Positions 41,940 through 51,773 of a DNA stretch of 64,000 bases are shown one piece after another. The position numbers and the translations under genes are program-made. Below the pieces are notes generated by a model that did not search any database, was not told the origin of the DNA, and saw nothing but the letters and a program-made list of their open reading frames with translations. Source of the DNA: Limnothrix sp. BL-A-16 (GTDB lineage: Bacteria > Cyanobacteriota > Cyanobacteriia > CACIAM-69d); contig CP166615.1 of assembly GCA_041937175.2 (NCBI GenBank), positions 896,001 through 960,000 of the forward strand. The letters run 5' to 3'. Every line of letters begins with the position of its first letter. The stretch's first letter is position 1.

Positions 41940-41997
41940 GAAAATAGAACAACCTACCGAGTGTCTACTTTAGCTTACGGTTTCAAATTGCACAGAA

Positions 41998-42882
41998 TTA
42001 TTTCGGGATCGTTGTCTTATAGGCGCGAATCGCCGCTTGTGTGCCTTGTTGCGCGCCCTGGCCCCCGTCAAGGGCGCTAACCCGCTGAAAGATCTGATTT
42101 GCCAGTTCCGTCACCGGTAAAGCACAGTGGCCGGCGGCTTCCGCCACCAGACGCAAATCCTTTTGCATATGGGCGATCGCAAAGCCCGGGGCCAAATCCT
42201 CCGCCAAAATTTTCGGCCCCAAATTGGCCAAGGCCCAAGACCCGGCCGCTCCGGTGCTGCAAACCTCAATCACCAATTGCGGATCCAAATTCTGGGCAGC
42301 GGCCAATTGCAGGGCCTCGCACAGGGCCAGCATGTGACCGGCGGCCAACACCTGGTTGCAGAGCTTCACCGCCTGGCCACTGCCGATCGGGCCACAGTGG
42401 CGAATGGTTTGGCCCATGAATCCTAACCAAGGGTGCGATCGCTCAAAATCCGCCAGCTCACCCCCCACCATGATCGTCAAGGTTCCCCGCTGGGCCCCCA
42501 CGTCTCCCCCGGAAACCGGCGCATCCAAAAACCCAAACCCCAGCGATCGCAAGGCCGTTCCCAGCTCGATCGCCGCCACACTCCCGATCGTGGTGAAATC
42601 CACAAACAGCGCCCCGGCCCGCGCCGCCGTCGCCGCACCGCCCGCTCCCAACAACACCTGCCACACATCGGGCACATCGCCCAAGCAGGAAAAGACCAAA
42701 TCCGCCTCGGCCACCGCTGCGGCCAAGTCGAGAGCGATCGTCACGCCCGCCGCCGCCGCTTGGGCCACCGTCGGGCGATCGGGCGTGCGATTCCAGCCCC
42801 GCACCGTTGCGCCACTCCGGGCCAAGTTGGCAGCCATGGCGCTGCCCATCACGCCCAATCCCAAAAATGCAATTTCGGTCAT
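41998..42882 (-). CDS. NAD(P)-dependent beta-hydroxyacid dehydrogenase (3-hydroxyisobutyrate/tartronate semialdehyde reductase family)
   Basis: AFLGLGVMGSAMA, LDAPVSGG, GSGQAVKLCNQ; ATG 42882 taken as start. Confidence 0.92.
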   Translation of the reverse strand: MTEIAFLGLGVMGSAMAANLARSGATVRGWNRTPDRPTVAQAAAAGVTIALDLAAAVAEADLVFSCLGDVPDVWQVLLGAGGAATAARAGALFVDFTTIGSVAAIELGTALRSLGFGFLDAPVSGGDVGAQRGTLTIMVGGELADFERSHPWLGFMGQTIRHCGPIGSGQAVKLCNQVLAAGHMLALCEALQLAAAQNLDPQLVIEVCSTGAAGSWALANLGPKILAEDLAPGFAIAHMQKDLRLVAEAAGHCALPVTELANQIFQRVSALDGGQGAQQGTQAAIRAYKTTIPK

Positions 42883-43095
42883 GCTGTCCACTTCTTGAGT
42901 CTGTAAGAATTCTTGGCTCGTCAGGAGATTGATGCAAGAAGCCGATGGGTTGGTTCCGCCAACAGGATCCCGATCGCAATCCCGATCGCACCCAAAACAA
43001 TTGCTAATCAGGGTTCGATCGGGGAGGGGTACGGGATAGGCGATAATTGCCCTGGCGCTTGGGTTGCGCCGTTCCCGTTGTCTCCGTTGCGCACC

Positions 43096-44517
43096 ATGTC
43101 CTACTTCGTTTCGCCCCGCTTCACCGAGAAAGTCGCCGTCCACGCGGTCAAGAACTTCCTGAACTTGCCGCGCGTGCCCGTGCCGCTGATTTTGGGCATT
43201 CATGGCAAAAAAGGCGAGGGCAAAACGTTTCAGTGCAACCTGGTCTTTGAGCAAATGGGCATCGACGCGGTGCATATTTCCGGTGGCGAACTGGAAAGCC
43301 CCGACGCGGGCGACCCGGCCCGGCTGCTGCGGTTGCGCTACCGGGAAGCCTCGGACATGGTGAAAGTACGCGGGCGAATGTGCGTGCTGTTGATTAACGA
43401 TATTGATGCGGGTGCGGGCCGGTTCGATCGCCTGACCCAATACACGGTGAACACCCAACTGGTGAACGCCACCCTGATGAACATTGCCGACAACCCCACC
43501 AATGTGCAGTTGCCCGGCAGCTATGACAGCGAACCGGTGCGCCGGATCCCGATCATCGTCACGGGCAACGACTTTGGCACGCTCTATGCGCCCTTGACCC
43601 GCGATGGGCGGATGGAGAAGTTTTATTGGGAACCGACGGCGGCGGAACGGCTGGAAGTGGTGCGCGGCATGTTTGAGGGGCTGGGCTTGGCCGATCGCGC
43701 CGTGGCCGAGCTGGTGGAAACCTTCCCTAAGCAGTCCGTGGACTTCTTTGGGGCCATGAAATCGCGGGTCTATGACGACCTGGTGCGGCAATTCATCCAA
43801 GACACGGGCTTGGCTCAGGTGTCGAATCGGTTGCTGAAATCCAAGGAAGCGCTGCCCCAGTTTGCGGAACCGCAACCGACCCTGGAGCAACTGAAGGCGA
43901 TCGGGGCGGCCTTGGTGAAGGAGCAAGATCGAATTCAAGAACTACATCTGGTGGCGACCTACAATCCCCACCGCGAGGCCAATTCCGCCAGCGAAACGGT
44001 GAGCCAAAACGGCCAGGGCGAAACCAACGGGCTACAGGGTCGATCGCGCCCCTACAGTGCCGAACCGCCAGGGGCCCCAGCGCCCGAACCGGCCGTGGCG
44101 ACCCACACTCAAACCCAGCCGATCGCCCCAGAACCTAAACCCGGCGGCGCTCCCCGGCCGAACCTGGAACCGGAGTTGCCGCCCCTGAGTGGCAACCCAG
44201 ATCTGGAAGCGAAGTTGGAATATCGCAGCAGCCAGCGGCCGAAGTTGGTGCAACCCTTGGGCCCGACAATTCGATCGCAGCTCGTGCCGATCGTCAACAA
44301 TGGCTATCGGCTGGGGATCGAGGTGGCCGACAAGCGCCACTACAACGCGAATTCCTGGCAATGCTACGGGACGGCGGAACCGCACCAGGAAACGGAGGCG
44401 ATCGGGAAGTTGGAAACCTGTCTGGCGGAAAACCTGGATTGTTATGTGCGGTTGGTGGCGATCGACCCCGATCGCAAGCAACGGATCCGCGAGGTGATCG
44501 TCCAGCGCCCGCAATAG
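43096..44517 (+). CDS. rca: Rubisco activase-like AAA+ protein with C-terminal RbcS-like (SSUL) domain
   Basis: GIHGKKGEGKTFQC, LLINDIDAG, LYAPLTRDGRMEKFYW; C-terminal SSUL YVRLVAIDPDRKQR. Confidence 0.93.
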   Translation: MSYFVSPRFTEKVAVHAVKNFLNLPRVPVPLILGIHGKKGEGKTFQCNLVFEQMGIDAVHISGGELESPDAGDPARLLRLRYREASDMVKVRGRMCVLLINDIDAGAGRFDRLTQYTVNTQLVNATLMNIADNPTNVQLPGSYDSEPVRRIPIIVTGNDFGTLYAPLTRDGRMEKFYWEPTAAERLEVVRGMFEGLGLADRAVAELVETFPKQSVDFFGAMKSRVYDDLVRQFIQDTGLAQVSNRLLKSKEALPQFAEPQPTLEQLKAIGAALVKEQDRIQELHLVATYNPHREANSASETVSQNGQGETNGLQGRSRPYSAEPPGAPAPEPAVATHTQTQPIAPEPKPGGAPRPNLEPELPPLSGNPDLEAKLEYRSSQRPKLVQPLGPTIRSQLVPIVNNGYRLGIEVADKRHYNANSWQCYGTAEPHQETEAIGKLETCLAENLDCYVRLVAIDPDRKQRIREVIVQRPQ

Positions 44518-44524
44518 TTCGGCT

Positions 44525-45142
44525 TTACGATCGTGCTGGTTGCAGAGTCGCGCCCAAGCTGCGCAGGATTTGCAGCACGTCGTAGAGTTCGTTGCCGGGA
44601 TTCAGCAAGGAAAATAGGCGGGAGTTGGCGTAGCGCTTGGATATCCCGTCGGTTTTCAAAAATAGAAATTCGTTGCCGGTGGTGATTAGGCCATAGCTGG
44701 GGCGATCGCCCTGGGGATTGGCTAACAAGTAGGCGAGGGCTTGGGGGATGGCTCGCAGGGCGGAAAAGTCGCTGCGTTTGGATTCGATCACCAGCACCCA
44801 GAGGCGATCGTGCAGCACCAACACGTCAATGCGGCCGCGGACGATCGCCCCTTGATCTTCGGCGGTGATTTCGATGCGGCTTTCGGTTTGAATCCGGAAG
44901 GGTTTTTGATAGAAACCGGCGAGGTCGAGCAGGGGGGCAAGCACGACCATTTTTACGCCGTCTTCGAGTAGGGGCGGGTCTTCGAGCAGGGTTTGGAAGT
45001 TTTGTTTGACGAGATCGAGCAGTTGTTGTTCGAGGGGGCTGAGGCTGGCTTGGGGCGATCGCCACTCGGGAAAAAAATCGGCATCTTCCACGGGATTAAA
45101 CGGGTGGATAGGGTTTGCCTTTGGCGGCGTAGTAGGCCTCAA
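44525..45142 (-). CDS. PD-(D/E)XK nuclease-like protein (cyanobacterial type I restriction R N-terminal-like family); 5' end possibly replaced
   Basis: GRIDVLVL...VLVIESKR...AIPQALAY...YGLITTG; its TTG start lies inside the NACHT gene. Confidence 0.75.
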   Translation of the reverse strand: MRPTTPPKANPIHPFNPVEDADFFPEWRSPQASLSPLEQQLLDLVKQNFQTLLEDPPLLEDGVKMVVLAPLLDLAGFYQKPFRIQTESRIEITAEDQGAIVRGRIDVLVLHDRLWVLVIESKRSDFSALRAIPQALAYLLANPQGDRPSYGLITTGNEFLFLKTDGISKRYANSRLFSLLNPGNELYDVLQILRSLGATLQPARS

Positions 45143-47432
45143 TCTGGGCGATCGGGTGCAGCATGGTGGCTTCGATGTCTTGCCGCACTTCTCGGGACAA
45201 ATAACAATCAGTATTCAAACATTCTGCCAACCGCAGATTAGCATCATAGTATTTCTGCAAAAGCGCTTTTTGTTGTTCAGAGAATTGCCAGTCGTGGCCA
45301 ATGTTTCGATGCTTGACCATTGCATCTCGTAAAGATCTGATCCAGTCTTGTCCTTCATTTTTCAACCATTCTCTTTTCTGCTCCCAGGATAAGTTTTTGA
45401 TGGGCTTCAATTGGCTTTGTAGATTAGCTAGTTGATCTACCAAGTCTTGGTTATTTAGCCGGCGAGCGCGAGCGAGAGCGCTATCGAGAGCGAAATCTCG
45501 ATCTCGATCTCGATCAAGAGCGCGAGCGAGAGCGCGAGCGAGAGCGCTATCGAGAGCGAAATCGAGACCGAGATCGAGACCGAGATCGGGAGCGCGAGCG
45601 AGAGCGCTATCGAGAGCGCGAGCGAGATCAATAGTGCTATCGAGAGCGAAATCGAGAGCGAAGTAGAAGGCAATTACTGCGTGCAGTTTGTAGGACGTTT
45701 GCACCCATTCTGCTTTTTCAGTTGCCCAGACTAAAACAGCCTGCAATTGCGGATCGTCAGCCAATAGACTGTCCGTAGCTTGCTTGAGGGTTAACAACAA
45801 TTTATCGCCCTGGCGAACACTATTAGCCGCTAGCAAGGTGACTTCTCGCCAAGATTTGTCAGGTAAGTGTTGAGCTAAGATTTGCCAATTGTGACCAGCA
45901 GCAATTTCTCGTGCAGCAAAGTATTCATGAAAGGTTAGATGTGAAAAGGAATAAACCCCGCGTGCTCGTTCCGTGAGCAAGCCATGTTGAGCAACAAGTG
46001 ATCGTAGAATCGCTTCACTGTCTAACAACAAGGTTTCTGGATCATCTTTGGCATCTGGTAAGTTATGGATATAGTCCATGATTTGATCTTCTGCCACGCC
46101 CTGGTCAAAAAAATAAGCTCCCTCTTGAAACTTTACTAGCGCTAATTGAGAAAGCAAATCCTTCTTTCGATTAATCGATAGGTTCTTATAGATCTGATCG
46201 CGATATATATTTCGCTTATTGTCCCACTTTTTCAGTAACAGCTCTACACCCTCTTCATAGAGCTTGGCTCGGTTGGTCGGAAAATCACCAATCTCCTCAA
46301 AAACCAAGCATAGTAAAGTTAGTAATAAAGGATTGTTAGCTAGCTCTAGAATTGGCTTTTTGTTTTTTAGATGATCTAAAAATTCCTCGACTTTGGATGA
46401 ATCTTGGTGATAAGCAAACCAATTTTCGACGAACTGCCGGATTTGTTTTTGTGAAAAATCGGCTACTTCTACTTCGGTGAAGCGCTCGAATATGTATTCC
46501 TTGGCAGCAATTCGACAAGTAGCGAGAATGTGATTTTTCGGGAAACGATCAACCCAAGCCCGCATTTCCCGAATCGTCCGATCAGTGTGAATTGCCAACA
46601 CTTCATCTAGCCCATCCAATAAAACCAAAGCTTGACCATGTGTCAGACATTGATTCAGAACTAACTCAGCATTGGCAATTCCACAATTAGTCCACTGACG
46701 CGATATAAAGCTCAGCAAGCTTGGCTCACCCGGAAATTCTGTCCATTCCTTAAGCGTCACAAAAATGGGCACAAGATCGCCGAGAAATTCCCCATCTAAA
46801 CAAGCAATGGTCAAATACTTCAAAAATGTAGTTTTGCCTGCACCCGGTCGCCCCAAAACCATCAGCGTTTTATGCCGAGTAACAGCTTCTAGTCCTGAAA
46901 TTTTGCCTTGGCGAACTGTACCTAAGCAAAATCGGTCAAACTCCTCAAATTCATCCAATTTCCCAAGCAGTTCCGATGAGCTAAGGCGCTGATTGGCCGT
47001 CAGCTTTTCCAGCACATTCACTTGGGTATAAATCGTACCGAGGGCGATCGGCTGTTCCATATTCAGCACCCGCATCGTGCCGCACCGCCGCCGCAAATCC
47101 GCCTCCACATGCGATCGCACCCACGCCACATTGATCGCATCCGATGCCACTGTCGGAGCAGGCGGCTCGCCAGTTGCTAACTCAGCAACTTCCTGCCAAT
47201 TCAGCCCCAGCAGATCGCACAAACCAATAAAAATTCCCCGATCGACTGGATCACCCTTAAAAGCCTTGGCGATCGTCGCCCGCGATACACCTTGATGTTC
47301 TTTGCCATCGCTCTTTCGGTACTGAACAAAATCCCCAATAACGCTTTTTCGGTAGCGCATCTGTTTCAGGGCTTCAGCCAGCTTTTCGCAGCCTGCTGCC
47401 GTGGCTTTCAGCGATCGTTCGTTGCGGGCCAT
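45096..47432 (-). CDS. NACHT-family NTPase with N-terminal HTH-like region and C-terminal helical conflict-system domain (NCH2-like)
   Basis: Walker A GRPGAGKTT, Walker B LVLLDGLDE, TCR, NPLLLTLL, FSHLTFHEYFAA; C-terminal HRNIGHDWQFS...YYDAN. Confidence 0.92.
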   Translation of the reverse strand: MARNERSLKATAAGCEKLAEALKQMRYRKSVIGDFVQYRKSDGKEHQGVSRATIAKAFKGDPVDRGIFIGLCDLLGLNWQEVAELATGEPPAPTVASDAINVAWVRSHVEADLRRRCGTMRVLNMEQPIALGTIYTQVNVLEKLTANQRLSSSELLGKLDEFEEFDRFCLGTVRQGKISGLEAVTRHKTLMVLGRPGAGKTTFLKYLTIACLDGEFLGDLVPIFVTLKEWTEFPGEPSLLSFISRQWTNCGIANAELVLNQCLTHGQALVLLDGLDEVLAIHTDRTIREMRAWVDRFPKNHILATCRIAAKEYIFERFTEVEVADFSQKQIRQFVENWFAYHQDSSKVEEFLDHLKNKKPILELANNPLLLTLLCLVFEEIGDFPTNRAKLYEEGVELLLKKWDNKRNIYRDQIYKNLSINRKKDLLSQLALVKFQEGAYFFDQGVAEDQIMDYIHNLPDAKDDPETLLLDSEAILRSLVAQHGLLTERARGVYSFSHLTFHEYFAAREIAAGHNWQILAQHLPDKSWREVTLLAANSVRQGDKLLLTLKQATDSLLADDPQLQAVLVWATEKAEWVQTSYKLHAVIAFYFALDFALDSTIDLARALDSALARAPDLGLDLGLDFALDSALARALARALDRDRDRDFALDSALARARRLNNQDLVDQLANLQSQLKPIKNLSWEQKREWLKNEGQDWIRSLRDAMVKHRNIGHDWQFSEQQKALLQKYYDANLRLAECLNTDCYLSREVRQDIEATMLHPIAQIEAYYAAKGKPYPPV
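45463..45662 (-). repeat. In-frame 12-bp-unit repeat array inside the NACHT gene
   Basis: Units such as GCTCTCGATAGC, GCTCTCGCTCGC and GGTCTCGATCTC encode ALDF/ALDS/ALAR/GLDL tetrads. Confidence 0.85.
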
Positions 47433-47608
47433 GGGGCGATCGAGTGGAGAACCGCCTCTATTTTGCGAGAGAACCCACGCGATCGGCTAGCTATCCCCCG
47501 TAACGTAGCCTAGAAAATTGCTGCCACACCCACCTTGCTAGCACCTTTGGACAAGCTCAGGTCAATCCGCAACCAGATGAGTATTAGGTGTTTAGACCTT
47601 ACAAGGTG

Positions 47609-47956
47609 CTAATCAGACAGCGTGCTTTGAATTTGTTGAATTTGACTGATTAGGGGCGGTAGATCATGAATAATTGTTTCCCAAACGATATCTAAATTGA
47701 CTCGAAAATATTCATGAATAGCAATATTCCGCATTCCTCTCAAATCTTTCCAGGGAACTTCTGGATGGCTTATTTCAATATCTGGCAATAAACTTGCTGC
47801 TGCTTCACCAATAATCGCAAAGTTGTATAGAACAGCGCGAATTGTCCGAAGATCCTGTTCAAACCCTTGGCGATTAACATCATTGGTGAATAACTGAATC
47901 TCCTGCGCGGCCGTCAGAATATCTTGCAGTCGCTGTTGGATCGATCGAGAAGGCAT
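47609..47956 (-). CDS. hepT: HEPN ribonuclease toxin (DUF86/HepT-like)
   Basis: IIGEAA and the RX4HXY motif RNIAIHEY; downstream of an MNT gene. Confidence 0.9.
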   Translation of the reverse strand: MPSRSIQQRLQDILTAAQEIQLFTNDVNRQGFEQDLRTIRAVLYNFAIIGEAAASLLPDIEISHPEVPWKDLRGMRNIAIHEYFRVNLDIVWETIIHDLPPLISQIQQIQSTLSD

Positions 47957-48236
47957 GAACTAAATCCTGAGAGACAGACGATCGCAAATGGTCTTTTAGC
48001 GAATCTGGCGTTCCTAAATCCACGGGACGATCAAGCCACGTTTCCAAAAAACGATGGAGTCGAGCAAAGGTTAATAGCCCCACAGGTCGCGAAAACTCCA
48101 CCAGCAGATCCACATCACTGTTGATGGTGGCTTGATTACGAGCGACAGAACCAAACAGAAATAGTGTCTTTACGCCCAATGCTGCCAAATCCTCACGATG
48201 AGCCTGAAAACAGGCGATCGCGTCTTGGCGCTGCAT
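47880..48236 (-). CDS. mntA: Minimal nucleotidyltransferase antitoxin (MntA-like) with C-terminal extension
   Basis: GSX10DXD motif FGSVARNQATINSDVD and RPVDL; ATG 48236. Confidence 0.9.
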   Translation of the reverse strand: MQRQDAIACFQAHREDLAALGVKTLFLFGSVARNQATINSDVDLLVEFSRPVGLLTFARLHRFLETWLDRPVDLGTPDSLKDHLRSSVSQDLVHAFSIDPTATARYSDGRAGDSVIHQ

Positions 48237-48289
48237 GGGTTTTCCCTCAACCGACGATTCTGGGTTCATGGGCTTGGCCGACTTTCCGT

Positions 48290-48438
48290 GCCTCAATCAT
48301 CGTAACAAGGGGCTTAAGCCCCTTGCTGCCCCACGATCTCGTCACGGTGGAATCAGGGTTTTGGGCGATTTGACGATACCCCCTAAGCCCCTTGCCCCCA
48401 ACAATCAACCGCTCCAGACAAGGGGCTTAAGCCCCTTG
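48290..48438. repeat. Copy of the MITE-like repeat plus an extra palindrome
   Basis: CAAGGGGCTTAAGCCCCTTG at 48306-48325 and 48419-48438; GGAATCAGGGTTTT...ATTTGAC...CCCTA matches the right half of 10251-10397. Confidence 0.75.
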
Positions 48439-48598
48439 CCCCCAACGACCTCGCCCCGCCTAGCGCGATCGCAAGGGCGATCGATGTCTTTGACAAAACT
48501 CAGACAGTCAAACAAAAGCCAGACAGCTTACTCAGAACACGTTTCAGCGATTTCGGCTGATCATCGAATTGTTCACGAAATCGCAGGAGCCACCTCCC

Positions 48599-48835
48599 AT
48601 GAAACGTCCCCAGATCTATCAACAACTGCTGATCGTCTCCGTTTTGTTCACCGCCCTCTCGGGTGGGGCCGCCATCCACCTGGCCAGCCAACCTCAGATC
48701 AATTCCCAACAATCCGAACTGTTCCAAACCTTCAAAGGCCTGTTTGAAAAAGGCGTGTTGGGCATCGGCGGCCTGGTGCTGGGCAAAATGACGGGCTACT
48801 TTCCCGATCGGCCGCCCAACAACCCCGATCAATAG
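48599..48835 (+). CDS. Small membrane protein, hypothetical
   Basis: 78-aa ORF with two hydrophobic stretches; AGGAG lies upstream of ATG 48599. Confidence 0.6.
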   Translation: MKRPQIYQQLLIVSVLFTALSGGAAIHLASQPQINSQQSELFQTFKGLFEKGVLGIGGLVLGKMTGYFPDRPPNNPDQ

Positions 48836-49067
48836 AATCGCGGCCCAGCGCGACTTGCGGATCTCCGGCCAACGCACCGGCTCGTGATATCATCGAAAGT
48901 CGCGCTTTCTAACACCTAGACAGGCGCTAAATTTGTTGAACCAATTTAATGGACTGCCAAGCCAGACAGCAGTTGGGTGCAGCCGTGAACCGTTCCCGTG
49001 CGATCGCCCCCGCTTCCGTTTGGTCAACGCTTAGTCCGCCAATCGCCCACTCGGAGCTAGCCCAACC

Positions 49068-49205
49068 ATGACCAAGCGTACTCTTGAAGGAACCAATCGC
49101 AAGCGCAAGCGTGTTTCCGGCTTCCGTGCCCGGATGCGGACTAAGAACGGTCGCCGCGTGCTGAATGCTCGTCGCCGTCGCGGTCGCGCTCGGTTGGCGG
49201 TTTAA
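49068..49205 (+). CDS. rpmH: 50S ribosomal protein L34
   Basis: Not in the ORF track. Translates to [45 protein letters not shown]; directly upstream of rnpA. Confidence 0.97.
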   Translation: MTKRTLEGTNRKRKRVSGFRARMRTKNGRRVLNARRRRGRARLAV

Positions 49206-49267
49206 GGATTGCTCACCGGCAGTCTGTCACAGGGTGGTTGAGCGATCGCCCCTACACCCAAACGTGC

Positions 49268-49690
49268 ATGGCCTTACCCCAAGCCTACCGACTTCGACAT
49301 CGCCATGACTTTGACCGAGTGTATCGGCAAGGCAAACGGTATCGCAGCAAGCACCTAACCCTTTGGGTCTACCGGCCATCGGCAAGCCCCGCGATCGCCC
49401 CCAGCGAACCATCGGCGGCCATTGCCCCCACGCTGCCCACCCTGGCCCCGGCTCCGAAAGTTGGCATCAGCATCAGCCGCAAAGTTGATAAACGCGCCGT
49501 TGTGCGCAATCGGCTGCGGCGACAAATTCACGGTATTTTGTGCCAGCACTTGCCGACCATGCCCCTCGGTTGGCTGGCGGTGATTAGTGTGCGTCCAGCC
49601 ATGCCCCTGTGTCAGTACCCCCAAATTCTGCAAGAATTGGAACAGTTGCTGACCGCCGCCAAGTTGGATTTGGAGCAAGCCAGCGTTTAA
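49268..49690 (+). CDS. rnpA: Ribonuclease P protein component
   Basis: MALPQAYRL...FDRVY...GISISRKVDKRAVVRNRLRR. Confidence 0.95.
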   Translation: MALPQAYRLRHRHDFDRVYRQGKRYRSKHLTLWVYRPSASPAIAPSEPSAAIAPTLPTLAPAPKVGISISRKVDKRAVVRNRLRRQIHGILCQHLPTMPLGWLAVISVRPAMPLCQYPQILQELEQLLTAAKLDLEQASV

Positions 49691-49790
49691 ACCGTTGTGT
49701 TTGCGCTGTTGACTTTGCGCCATTCCCCAGGGGCGGCGATCGCCCAATTCGCCCCATTTGGCCCGCACTGAACCTTACGAGCACTGGACT

Positions 49791-50177
49791 ATGGGTATCA
49801 AGGAAGATGTTTACTATGAGGGCGGCCCCCACCGTGGCGATTTGATCGTCAACCTGCTGTTGGGTCTAACGATCATTTGCCTGCCCCTCACCATCGGCTC
49901 GATCGTGCGGGCCTTTTGGTTGCGCTATCGCATCACCAGCCGCCGCATTTCAATCACCAGCGGTTGGCAAGGGCGCGATCGCTCCGATGTGATTTATCCC
50001 GAAATTCGCGCCGTTGTGGCCGTGCCCCGGGGGTGGGGTGCTTGGGGTGATATGGTGCTGACCCTCAAGGATGGTAGCCGCCTGGAAATGCGATCGGTTC
50101 CCAACTTCCGAGCCGTCGCCGACTACATCAACGAGCGGATCGGCGCAGCGGCCCAAACCGCCACCAGCAAGCGCTAA
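49791..50177 (+). CDS. Bacterial PH-domain protein of the cyanobacterial rnpA-yidC operon
   Basis: MGIKEDVYYEGGPHRGDL...YRITSRRISI; conserved position in this operon. Confidence 0.9.
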   Translation: MGIKEDVYYEGGPHRGDLIVNLLLGLTIICLPLTIGSIVRAFWLRYRITSRRISITSGWQGRDRSDVIYPEIRAVVAVPRGWGAWGDMVLTLKDGSRLEMRSVPNFRAVADYINERIGAAAQTATSKR

Positions 50178-50546
50178 ACCGCCCGATCGCCCCCTCGCTG
50201 CTCATGTTCAACCCTCCTGCTTGCACGGCCTTGTGGCTTCCGGCGGAGGGTTACGTGTTGATTAGGCTGTGACGATTGGCCTGTGACGATTGGGGCGGCA
50301 TTGGCGGCCCGCGGCCAGGGCGGTAGTCCCCACTGGGTAACCGCCCCCCAAGGGACTCCACTTTGCATAAGCTGAAGTCACATCTTTGGGCTAGGGTGGC
50401 TCTGGTTCATGGGGTGAGCGTTCGGCTCGATCGCGTCACCCTGGGCCAGCCTTGCTGTTTTGCCTTCGTTTAACGAATCGTTGACCGCCCGTTGACGGTT
50501 TTTTGATAACTTTTAACAACTCGATCGCACAACCGACGCAACGCGC

Positions 50547-51773
50547 ATGGATTTCGGAGTTGGATTTCTCTCAAACAACGTCATGCTGCCGATCCTGGAT
50601 TTTTTCTATGGAATCGTGCCCAGCTATGGCCTCGCCATCATCGCCCTGACGCTGGTGGTGCGCTTTGCCCTCTATCCGATCAGCGCTGGCTCCATCCGCA
50701 GTATGCGGCGGATGAAGATCACCCAGCCGATCATGCAGAAGAAGATCAAGGACATTCAAGAGCGCTACAAAAACGACCCCACGAAACAGCAGGAAGAACT
50801 CAGCGCCGTTTACAAGGAATTTGGGAACCCCCTGGCCGGTTGTTTCCCGATTCTGGTGCAAATGCCCGTGCTGATTGCCCTGTTCACCACCCTGCGTGGC
50901 TCGCCGTTTGCGGATGTGCCCTATTCCGTGAATCTGCAAATTTTGCCCCAGGAGCAAATTGAGCGGGTGCAACCGGAAGCGTTTGCCACTCCGCCCAAGA
51001 ACATCTACATTTCCGACAGCACCCACTATCCCGTGGTGGGTTTGCTGCCCGGTGGCACGCGCCTGGCCGTGGGTGACACCACCAAGCTGGAGTTCCAAAC
51101 GCCCGAAGGCAAAACCCTGACCACCCTGGCCACAGAAGCCGGTGGGGACATTGACCTCTCGCCCAAGTGGCAGGTGATGAAGGGAGCCGAGCGGGTGCAG
51201 TTGGGCCCCAACGGTGAAATCACGGCGCTGCAACCGGGAGATGTGACCCTGCAAGGGACGATTCCCGGCCTGGCGGCGAGCAAGGGCTTCCTGTTCATCA
51301 GTGCGCTGGGCCATGTGGGCGCAGTGGACGATGAGGGGATCCACTGGGATATTGTGGCGATGGTGCTGCTGTTTGGCTTGAGCCTTTATGTCAGCCAATC
51401 GATTTCCAGCCAAGGGGCAACGGATAATCCGCAACAGGCGGCGGCAAATAAGCTGACTCCGATTATTTTTTCGGGGATGTTTCTGTTCTTCCCCCTGCCG
51501 GCTGGGGTGTTGATGTACATGGTGGTGGCGAACCTGTTCCAAACGGCCCAAGCGTTCATTTTGTCTCGGGAACCGCTGCCGGAGAATATCCAAAAGATGG
51601 CGGAAGCTCAGGGCATTGTGGATGTGAAGGCGGTGGCGGTGGATGGCGCTACGGGCCGGCTGCCGTTTGAACCCAAGAGCACCAAGGCCAGCAGCCCGGC
51701 GAAGAATCAGCCGAGCAAGGGCCCAGGCAACAAACCCAGCACGAACAACAACAAGCAGAAGGGCAAGTCGTGA
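50547..51773 (+). CDS. yidC: Membrane protein insertase YidC/Alb3
   Basis: [38 protein letters not shown]. Confidence 0.96.
   Translation: MDFGVGFLSNNVMLPILDFFYGIVPSYGLAIIALTLVVRFALYPISAGSIRSMRRMKITQPIMQKKIKDIQERYKNDPTKQQEELSAVYKEFGNPLAGCFPILVQMPVLIALFTTLRGSPFADVPYSVNLQILPQEQIERVQPEAFATPPKNIYISDSTHYPVVGLLPGGTRLAVGDTTKLEFQTPEGKTLTTLATEAGGDIDLSPKWQVMKGAERVQLGPNGEITALQPGDVTLQGTIPGLAASKGFLFISALGHVGAVDDEGIHWDIVAMVLLFGLSLYVSQSISSQGATDNPQQAAANKLTPIIFSGMFLFFPLPAGVLMYMVVANLFQTAQAFILSREPLPENIQKMAEAQGIVDVKAVAVDGATGRLPFEPKSTKASSPAKNQPSKGPGNKPSTNNNKQKGKS

Noticed and set aside
42883..43938. N-terminal extension of the 646-aa dehydrogenase ORF
   Set aside because: It is antisense to rca, and the Rossmann motif begins right after ATG 42882.
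48836..49067. oriC upstream of rpmH
   Set aside because: No dnaA or dnaN is adjacent, and I saw no cluster of DnaA boxes.
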